Shown one piece after another: positions 56,984-64,000 of a stretch of 64,000 bases of DNA. Source of the stretch: a bacterium (GTDB lineage Bacteria > Patescibacteriota > Microgenomatia > Levybacterales > UBA12049). The notes beneath the pieces were generated by a model. The model was not told where the DNA came from and searched no databases. It saw only the letters and a list, made by a program, of their open reading frames with translations. The stretch covers positions 3,515 through 67,514 of the forward strand of contig JAKALS010000001.1 of NCBI GenBank assembly GCA_021813145.1. Reading direction: 5' to 3'. The position numbers were made by a program, and so were the translations under genes. How positions within the stretch are numbered: the first letter of the stretch is position 1; the number at the start of each line of letters is the position of its first letter.

Positions 56984-58264
56984 TCAAACCGAGAGGATTT
57001 TACCAAGAGCAACAAGGTAAGAGGCTTCTTTAAGATCGGTTTTTTGTTTTTTGGATTCGTTCCAAACGTTTTCAAACGCGTTTTGCATCATTTTTTCGAG
57101 CCTTTTCAGGACGTCTTCCTTTTTGTATTTTTTATCTTCCATATTCTGTTCCCATTCAATATAACTTCCCGCAACTCCTCCGGAATTTGCCAGTATATCG
57201 GGAACAATTATTACGCCTTTTTCCGTTAAATAGTGGTAAGCGGTCGGGGAAACAGGTCCGTTTGCCATTTCTATTATTATTTTTGCTTTTATATTTTGCA
57301 TGTTGTTTTCATTAATTACGTCCTCCAGGGCAGCCGGAATAAGTATATCTACCGGAAGTTCCAGAAGCTCTTCGTTTGTTATCATCTGCCCGCCTCTTGT
57401 ATCACAAACTCCGCCTGCGCAGTAGCAGCCGGCAAGGCTCCCTTTTTCCTGTTTGCAGTCGTATACAAGGGGAATATCAAGGGGAATGAATTTTTCTCCG
57501 TTTTTCTTTATAATTCCTCCCTTTGAGTCGGAAACGGCAACTAGGTTAAATCCCGATTTTGAAGCAAGGTCTGCAAAATAGAAACCCACATTTCCGAATC
57601 CCATCACCGCAACGTTTTGCGTTTTCGGTTCGAGATTAAGCTTCTTTGCAAGTTCTTTAAGAACCGTTACTCCTCCAAAACCCGTTGCTTCGGTTCTTCC
57701 TTCGAGACCGTTTTTTGATTTTCCCGTAAAGGTTGCAAATAGCTTGTTGAGCGGAGTTTTCCCCCCGTTCATTCCGGATATTTTTATAAATTCATCGGTC
57801 ATCCAGTCGATGATTTTGGGGTTTGTGTTTACGTCCGGGGCCGGTACATCCTTGTCGTATCCGATTACCTCGGAAATTTTTCTTACATATTCTCTTGATA
57901 ATTCTTCGAGCTGTTTTTCGCTTAATACCTTAGGATCTACGGCAATTCCGCCTTTTCCTCCGCCGAAAGGTATCCCCACAACGGCTGTTTTCAGACTCAT
58001 CCATAAGGAAAGTGCCATAACTTCGTCTTTATTAACTCTTGGATGAAATCTTAATCCGCCTTTATATGGCCCGAGATTTTTATTGTGTTGGCTTCTGTAT
58101 CCCTTAAAAGTTACTACTTGCGTGCCGAGGTTAACAGGTACTTTAACTTCCACAACTCTGTCGGGTTCCAAAAATTCTTCGAGTTTATCCTGTGCTATGT
58201 TGTATTTTTTCCCTACAGAAAGAAGTTCTTCCCTTGATTTATTGTAGACATCGGAATTGTTCAC
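56984..58264 (-). CDS. gdhA: Glu/Leu/Phe/Val dehydrogenase (glutamate dehydrogenase)
   Basis: GPYKGGLRFHP, GGGKGG, PAPDVNT, GFGNVG, EMANGP; start refined to GTG 58264. Confidence 0.9.
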   Translation of the reverse strand: MNNSDVYNKSREELLSVGKKYNIAQDKLEEFLEPDRVVEVKVPVNLGTQVVTFKGYRSQHNKNLGPYKGGLRFHPRVNKDEVMALSLWMSLKTAVVGIPFGGGKGGIAVDPKVLSEKQLEELSREYVRKISEVIGYDKDVPAPDVNTNPKIIDWMTDEFIKISGMNGGKTPLNKLFATFTGKSKNGLEGRTEATGFGGVTVLKELAKKLNLEPKTQNVAVMGFGNVGFYFADLASKSGFNLVAVSDSKGGIIKKNGEKFIPLDIPLVYDCKQEKGSLAGCYCAGGVCDTRGGQMITNEELLELPVDILIPAALEDVINENNMQNIKAKIIIEMANGPVSPTAYHYLTEKGVIIVPDILANSGGVAGSYIEWEQNMEDKKYKKEDVLKRLEKMMQNAFENVWNESKKQKTDLKEASYLVALGKILSV

Positions 58265-58372
58265 AAAGGACAGTATACAACAGGAAATTTGAAATTTCAA
58301 AAGCAAAAAGTAAAGTTAATGTATATAAGGAAAGTACTTTATATTTGTTGATACGGGACATATAATCTTTTC

Positions 58373-59827
58373 ATGAAAAATAAAAAGAGAGCATTTGTTA
58401 TGGTAATTTTCGGAGCAACGGGAGACCTGGCCCACCATAAACTGATCCCGGCACTGTTTTCTCTTTTTAACCGGGAAAAGCTTCCGGACAATTTTTCCGT
58501 CATAGGTTTTTCAAGAAGGGAAATGACCAACAGACAGTTCCGCGGGCATTTTGAGAATTTAAAAGACAGAAAAGGATGGTCGAAATTCTCAAAAATGCTT
58601 ATATATCAGAAAGGCGATTTCCAGGATAAAGATGCATATCTGGAGCTGATAGAAAAATTGGAAGAATTGGACAAAAAATACAAAGGGCAGGTAACAAGGC
58701 TTTTTTATCTGGCAACTCCTCCTCAAAACTACGATACAATCCTTGATTTTATGGAAGATACAAAACTTTCAAGGGGAATAGGCCAGGACAGCATAAACCA
58801 GACAAAAATAATAATAGAAAAACCTTTCGGAAAAGATCTGGAAACAGCCAAATCTCTTGACAAAAAGCTTTATAAAACTTTCAAAGAAGAACAGATCTTC
58901 AGGGTAGATCACTATCTTGGTAAAGAAACGATACAGAATATGCTTGCATTCAGATTTGCTAACGGAATATTTGAACCTGTCTGGAATAACCGTTTTATTG
59001 ACCATGTTCAGATAACATTTGCCGAACAAAAGGGTATAGAAGGAAGGGGAAGATTTTTCGACGGAGTGGGAATTCTAAGGGATGTTGCCCAGAACCATTT
59101 AATGCAAATCTTAGCTTCTGTTGCAATGGAACAGCCGAAAAGTTTTGAAAGAGAAGCAATAAGAGACGCCAGGGCAAAAGTTATAGAGGCGATAAGGCCG
59201 ATAGAGCCAAAAGACACGGGAAAATTTACCGTAAGGGGACAGTACGAGGGCTATCTTTCGGAAAAAGATATAGACAGAAACTCGAATACGGGAACCTATA
59301 CGGCGGTAAAGCTTTTTGTGGATACAGAAAGATTCCAGGGTGTCCCTTTTTATTTAAGGGCAGGAAAAAATATGCCTAAAAACACAGTTTATGTTTCTGT
59401 CGTGTTTATACAAACATGTCACATTCTTTTTAAAGAATACGGATGCCCTGAGATAGGGAATGTCCTGACTATTAAAATTCAGCCCGATGAGGGAATTACG
59501 CTTAGGGTAATAGCCAAAAAACCACAGGAAAAGCTGGACCTGGCAACGGTAAATATGAAATTTACTTATAAAGATGAATTCGGAGTTGAAATAAAAGACG
59601 CATATGAAAAGATACTTCTTGATATATTTGCGGGAGATCAGATGCTTTTCAACAGAAGCGACGAGCTTCAAAGCTCCTGGAAATTCATAACAAAAATTCT
59701 TAAAGGTTGGGAGGTGCAGATAAAGTCCAGTAAATGGAAAATGCCAAAGTATAAAAAGGGGACATGGGGACCTAAAGAGGCGCTTGACTTATTGGAGAAG
59801 GATGGTAGAAAATGGATAGAAGCATAA
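58373..59827 (+). CDS. zwf: Glucose-6-phosphate 1-dehydrogenase
   Basis: GATGDLA, EKPFG, RVDHYLGKE, RDVAQNH, YLRAGK. Confidence 0.97.
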   Translation: MKNKKRAFVMVIFGATGDLAHHKLIPALFSLFNREKLPDNFSVIGFSRREMTNRQFRGHFENLKDRKGWSKFSKMLIYQKGDFQDKDAYLELIEKLEELDKKYKGQVTRLFYLATPPQNYDTILDFMEDTKLSRGIGQDSINQTKIIIEKPFGKDLETAKSLDKKLYKTFKEEQIFRVDHYLGKETIQNMLAFRFANGIFEPVWNNRFIDHVQITFAEQKGIEGRGRFFDGVGILRDVAQNHLMQILASVAMEQPKSFEREAIRDARAKVIEAIRPIEPKDTGKFTVRGQYEGYLSEKDIDRNSNTGTYTAVKLFVDTERFQGVPFYLRAGKNMPKNTVYVSVVFIQTCHILFKEYGCPEIGNVLTIKIQPDEGITLRVIAKKPQEKLDLATVNMKFTYKDEFGVEIKDAYEKILLDIFAGDQMLFNRSDELQSSWKFITKILKGWEVQIKSSKWKMPKYKKGTWGPKEALDLLEKDGRKWIEA

Positions 59828-59852
59828 ACAAAGTTCATAAAGTTTATAAAGT

Positions 59853-60179
59853 ATGGATACGATTACATTCGAAGAATTCAAAAAGGTAGAGATAAGGATA
59901 GGTAAAGTGTTATCTGCGGAAAAAGTGGAAAACGCAGATAAGCTCCTAAAGTTACAGGTTGATTTCGGAGAATTTCAGAGACAGATTATATCGGGAATTG
60001 CGCAAAGTTTTACCCCGGAAGAATTAGTCGGTAAAAAACTTCCTTTTATAGTTAATCTGGAATACAGAAAATTCAAAGGGGAAGAGTCACAGGGAATGTT
60101 AATGGCAATTGATGTTCCGGACAAAACTGTCCTTCTTGTTCCGGAAGAACACGTCCCCGAAGGAACGGAAGTCGTTTAG
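59853..60179 (+). CDS. Stand-alone tRNA-binding OB-fold protein (MetRS C-terminal/Trbp111-like)
   Basis: ITFEEF, ADKLLKLQVD, RQIISGI, NL...K..G.ESQGM. Confidence 0.9.
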   Translation: MDTITFEEFKKVEIRIGKVLSAEKVENADKLLKLQVDFGEFQRQIISGIAQSFTPEELVGKKLPFIVNLEYRKFKGEESQGMLMAIDVPDKTVLLVPEEHVPEGTEVV

Positions 60180-60215
60180 CCTTCAAAATTTAAAAAAATA
60201 TGCTACAATCTTTTT

Positions 60216-61430
60216 ATGCGATATTCTAAGCTTTTTGGAAAAACCCTGAGGGAGTTTCCGAAAGACGAAGTTTCCCTAAATGCAAAACTGCTTCTTAGGG
60301 CGGGTTTTATTGATAAACTCATGGCCGGCTCATACACTCTTTTGCCTTTGGGCTTTAGGGTAGAACAGAAAATCGAAGATATAATAAGAGAGGAAATAAA
60401 TTCCACCGGCGCAAACGAACTCTTAATGCCTCTTTTACACCCCAAAGAAATATGGAATAAAACGGGAAGATGGGAAAGCGCCAAAGAAATAATGTATCAG
60501 CTCGAAAAAGACGAAAAAGAATTCGGTCTTTCTTTTACACATGAGGAGATAGTAACGGATCTGATAATAAAACATAATCCTTCGCCTAAGGAATTTCCCA
60601 TTAAGGTTTACCACTTTTCTACAAAATTCAGACACGAAGCAAGGCCGAAATCCGGAATATTGAGGGGAAGGGAATTTTTAATGAAAGACTTATACAGCGC
60701 TCATCTATCGGAAGAGGACATGTATAAATATTATTGGGAAGTAGCAGATTCGTATATTAAGATTTTTAAAAGAATGGGGCTAGATGTAAAAATAGTAGAG
60801 GCATCAGGAGGAGTTTTTACGAAAAACTACACACATGAGTTTCAGGTTCTGTGCGAACAGGGAGAAGATACAATCTTTTATTGCGATTCATGCGATTTTG
60901 CCCAGAATAAAGAAATATTTAGCGGTAAATCGGGTGAGGAATGCCCAAAATGCAAAAAGGGAAAAATAATAGAGGCAAAGTCTATAGAAGTCGGAAACAT
61001 ATTTCCTCTCGGAACGATGTATGCCCAAAAAATGGGTTATAAAGAAAAACTTTGGCTTGCCAGCTACGGAATAGGTCCTACAAGAGTCATGGGAACAATT
61101 GCAGAAATCTACAACGACGATAAGGGTTTGATTTGGCCTTCTTCGGTTGCTCCTTATCAGGTTCATCTTATTTCAATAGATAATGAAGAGAAAACAATAA
61201 GCAGGGAAGCAGATAAGATTTATGAAAGGTTAGTGGCCGAGAGGATAGAAGTTTTATACGACGACAGGGACTCAAGTCCCGGAGAAAAGTTTAAAGATGC
61301 CGACTTAATCGGTATTCCCGTAAGGCTTGTTGTGAGTGCAAAAACAGGAAACAAAATAGAGTGGAAATTAAGAAGCAAAGACAAAACAGAGCTTTTGGAT
61401 TTTGAAGAGATAGTAAAGAGATTAAAATAA
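60216..61430 (+). CDS. proS: Proline--tRNA ligase (short, no editing domain)
   Basis: LLLRAGFI, THEE, KFRHEARP..GILRGREFLMKD, IEVGNIF, SYGIG, DADLIGIP. Confidence 0.95.
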   Translation: MRYSKLFGKTLREFPKDEVSLNAKLLLRAGFIDKLMAGSYTLLPLGFRVEQKIEDIIREEINSTGANELLMPLLHPKEIWNKTGRWESAKEIMYQLEKDEKEFGLSFTHEEIVTDLIIKHNPSPKEFPIKVYHFSTKFRHEARPKSGILRGREFLMKDLYSAHLSEEDMYKYYWEVADSYIKIFKRMGLDVKIVEASGGVFTKNYTHEFQVLCEQGEDTIFYCDSCDFAQNKEIFSGKSGEECPKCKKGKIIEAKSIEVGNIFPLGTMYAQKMGYKEKLWLASYGIGPTRVMGTIAEIYNDDKGLIWPSSVAPYQVHLISIDNEEKTISREADKIYERLVAERIEVLYDDRDSSPGEKFKDADLIGIPVRLVVSAKTGNKIEWKLRSKDKTELLDFEEIVKRLK

Positions 61431-61766
61431 TCCGAAGAATTTAGCCCAGACTACCGCATACCCCGCAAAAAAAAGTATCCCGACAATAAGAAAAATAATA
61501 GGAAGAAGTCCCGATTTTTTCTTTGCTTTTGCCGGAGTAGCTGTGGGGGAAGACATCATTACCGGAACGGGCTCTAACGGCGGAAGCCTCTGAGGCATGG
61601 GAACGGTTCCCATAGAAGGCATTGCATTATGTCCCTGGGACGGAGGCGGAGGCGGCACGCTTGGCTTGGGAGGTATAACATTCCCCGGATTTATATTGCT
61701 TCCCATAACCCTTTCGTATGCTTCTTTTAGTTTCGGATCCAGATCTTGAGGTGTTTTGGGATTCAT
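61422..61766 (-). CDS. Pro-rich membrane protein
   Basis: DPKLKEAYERVM N-terminus, Pro-rich linker, C-terminal TM. Confidence 0.7.
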   Translation of the reverse strand: MNPKTPQDLDPKLKEAYERVMGSNINPGNVIPPKPSVPPPPPSQGHNAMPSMGTVPMPQRLPPLEPVPVMMSSPTATPAKAKKKSGLLPIIFLIVGILFFAGYAVVWAKFFGLF

Positions 61767-61831
61767 AGGCAGTTACTATTATAGTGCGTGATTGAATAAT
61801 TTTTGTCAAGTCCCTTTGCCGTCCTCTGCAT

Positions 61832-62206
61832 TTATTTTGACGGTTCTGTATTCGTCGGTGGTAGGGTTTCGGGAGTACCTGTTACAGCTGTTCCTATTTC
61901 TCCTGTCGGTGCCGGAGATTCCGAAGGTGGAGGCGTGCCGTGGACGGCGGGAGGAACTATAAGCGTCGGGGTAGGTTCTGGAATTGAAGCCGGCGAGGGA
62001 AATGTTATTTCAACTCCCTGTGTTTTGACCGGATTTTGTGTCGACTGGTGCATTTCCGATTGTCTGACAACTCCAACAGGCTGAGCCGTGTTTTCCGGTT
62101 TTGGCTGATTTATGTTGGCAGCAGGAAGGATGTTTCCTCCGATTTCAATTCCTGCTGTAACTGCGGTAGCCATGACAACATCTCTTGCTGTATTGTGTTC
62201 CGCCAT
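61832..62206 (-). CDS. Hypothetical Pro/Thr-rich protein
   Basis: ATG 62206 follows a TACAAT box; low-complexity sequence. Confidence 0.5.
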   Translation of the reverse strand: MAEHNTARDVVMATAVTAGIEIGGNILPAANINQPKPENTAQPVGVVRQSEMHQSTQNPVKTQGVEITFPSPASIPEPTPTLIVPPAVHGTPPPSESPAPTGEIGTAVTGTPETLPPTNTEPSK

Positions 62207-62299
62207 AGTTAAATTGTACATAAAAGCCCATAATTGTCAAATAAGGCTTTCTTTTCCCGTTTAAAAAAGGTATACTACAAAATCTACTTAAAAGAATTT

Positions 62300-63226
62300 A
62301 TGAGAATAATTGTTGCACATACGTCACCCGACATGGACGCTATAACGTCCGTCTGGCTGATTAAAAAATTTTTGCCCGGTTGGGAAGACTCACACGTAAG
62401 GTTTGTTCCTGCCGGAGAGGCGATAGGAAGAACCCCCGAGCAGGGCCTTAAGCTTACAGACCCGGTAGAAAAATCGGGAAAAGACCTAATAATTCATGTC
62501 GATACCGGCTTGGGCCCCTTGGATCACCATCAGACTTCCGACGAAAAGGTTTGCGCTGCGAGTCTTACTTTTGATTATGTAATGAAAGTCCTTAGGGAAA
62601 ACGTTCCGGAAATGGGCGAAGATAAATATGAGGCGCTTAAAAGAATAGTGGACGTTGTGGTACAAGTGGACCATTTTAAAGAAGTTTTCTGGGGAGAACC
62701 TACGGCGGATTATCACGAATTCTCTATTATAGGGATACTTGAAGGGCTAAAACTTGAAAAACCCGATCAGGATAAATTTTATCTTGATTATGTAACTCAG
62801 GCCTTGGATGCTTTATTGCACCAGTTTGAAAACAGAATATGGGCGGAAAAAGAAATAAAAGAAAACGGAATAAAATTTGAAAGCCGTTTCGGTAAATCAA
62901 TAGCGTTTGAGACGATAAACGATTCGGTTATAAAACTTGCACAAAAAATGGGTTACTGTTTGGTTGTCAGGAAAGACCCGAGAAAAGGGTATGTAAGAAT
63001 TAAAGTCAGGCCACAAAAAACAGAGATTTCTAAGTTGAAGATTAAAAGTCAGGGATTGGGAGATTTAACGCTGGCTTACGAAAAGTTGAGAAAAATAGAC
63101 CCTGATGCTACGTGGTTTTTGCATGTTTCGAAAAAAATGCTATTGAACGGAACGGTAAAAAACCCGAAAATGAAGCCGACAAAACTGTCCTTGAGTGATA
63201 TAATGGAAGTACTAAAAAGTATCTAA
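62300..63226 (+). CDS. DHH-superfamily / MYG1-like metal-dependent hydrolase
   Basis: HTSPDMDA, VDTG, DHHQ; start refined to ATG 62300. Confidence 0.65.
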   Translation: MRIIVAHTSPDMDAITSVWLIKKFLPGWEDSHVRFVPAGEAIGRTPEQGLKLTDPVEKSGKDLIIHVDTGLGPLDHHQTSDEKVCAASLTFDYVMKVLRENVPEMGEDKYEALKRIVDVVVQVDHFKEVFWGEPTADYHEFSIIGILEGLKLEKPDQDKFYLDYVTQALDALLHQFENRIWAEKEIKENGIKFESRFGKSIAFETINDSVIKLAQKMGYCLVVRKDPRKGYVRIKVRPQKTEISKLKIKSQGLGDLTLAYEKLRKIDPDATWFLHVSKKMLLNGTVKNPKMKPTKLSLSDIMEVLKSI

Positions 63227-63260
63227 TGACCTAATTATTCTAATTTTTTAATTAGAAATT

Positions 63261-63581
63261 ATGGATTGTGTTTTTTGCAAAATAAGAGACAGGGAAATTC
63301 CTAAAGAATTTACTTATGAAGACGAAGATGTAATGGTTTTCCCCGATATACATCCGGTAAAGCCGGTTCATCTTTTGGTAATCCCAAAAAAACACATAGA
63401 TGATTTTTCGGACTTTAATTCTTCGGAATTAATGAGTAAAGTTAAAGAAATTATTGATAAAATGATTAGGGAAAACAGTCTTGATAAAAAGGGCTACAGA
63501 ATAGCCGTTAACGGCGGAGGAGCACAGGTTATAAACCATGTGCATTTTCACGTTACAGGCCCTGTAGCTAAAGGCCAATAA
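63261..63581 (+). CDS. HIT family nucleotide hydrolase
   Basis: DCVFCKI, HLLVIPKKH, QVINHVHFH. Confidence 0.93.
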   Translation: MDCVFCKIRDREIPKEFTYEDEDVMVFPDIHPVKPVHLLVIPKKHIDDFSDFNSSELMSKVKEIIDKMIRENSLDKKGYRIAVNGGGAQVINHVHFHVTGPVAKGQ

Positions 63582-63655
63582 CAGGTTGCCGATTAATAAG
63601 GATTAAAAAAATTGTTCATTGGTAATTAGTAATTAATAAAGGAGGTGTTTTATTT

Positions 63656-63841
63656 ATGGTAGTTGTTAAAAAAATGCCCGGAGACAGCGATGATGCATTA
63701 ATCAGAAAATTTTCAAGAAAAGTAATGTCCGAAGGAATACTTCAGGAGGCAAAAAGGAGAGAATTTTATCTTAAACCTTCACTTGCCAGAAAGCAGAAAG
63801 CCGAGGACGCAAGAAAGGCAAAAAAACTTTGGACGGCATAA
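63656..63841 (+). CDS. rpsU: 30S ribosomal protein S21
   Basis: [17 protein letters not shown]; GGAGG SD upstream. Confidence 0.93.
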   Translation: MVVVKKMPGDSDDALIRKFSRKVMSEGILQEAKRREFYLKPSLARKQKAEDARKAKKLWTA

Positions 63842-63844
63842 TTT

Positions 63845-64000
63845 ATGAATAAGATTAATGTTTTAATCTTTGTCGAAAGCAGGTATAAGGTTAATAGAAA
63901 AAGGATAAAAGAGACAGTGGAAAAGACCGTTAACAAAAACGGCCTTGATTCACCGGTTGAGATTTCAGTTGCCATTGTCGGCGACAGAAAAATGAGGAGC
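63845..64000 (+). CDS. ybeY: rRNA maturation endoribonuclease YbeY (3' truncated)
   Basis: Manual translation MNKINVLIFVESRYKVNRKRI...EISVAIVGDRKMRS matches the YbeY N-terminus; the catalytic region is outside the window. Confidence 0.7.
   Translation, partial: MNKINVLIFVESRYKVNRKRIKETVEKTVNKNGLDSPVEISVAIVGDRKMRS

Noticed and set aside
3535-63975. Numerous short (60-150 aa) ORFs antisense to or overlapping confident genes
   Set aside because: Shadow frames of well-supported CDSs with no recognisable motifs.

Overview
AT-rich bacterial chromosome segment, most likely Patescibacteria/CPR (Microgenomates-like). This is inferred from a short EF-Ts, no pyrH between tsf and frr, a short ProRS, and cohesin/dockerin and Cys/PT-rich surface proteins. 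Contents in order: tRNA-Cys and tRNA-Ile; a cohesin gene with two dockerin genes; a complete thymidylate cluster (dcd, tmk, dut, thyA, folA, glyA); uppS; surface proteins; a ~29 kb cell-surface glycosylation island (24.1-52.7 kb); then housekeeping genes (rpsB, tsf, frr, rseP, gdhA, zwf, proS, HIT, rpsU, ybeY). The main finding is an apparently undescribed RiPP-like system embedded in the glycosylation island. Two 58-aa peptides missing from the ORF track (25982-26158 and 30336-30512, minus strand) share an N[KR]YxKPxI leader, a G[RK]xxA junction, Cys/Ser-rich tails and a C-terminal Thr. Each lies directly behind a paralogous membrane-anchored gene. The two cassettes bracket a kinase/pseudokinase/YcaO/SagB operon. 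A second module about 18 kb away encodes another HPr-kinase-like protein, a PqqD/RRE, an S24/S26 peptidase-nucleotidyltransferase fusion and an ABC exporter. All family calls are from motif recognition by eye; no searches were run.
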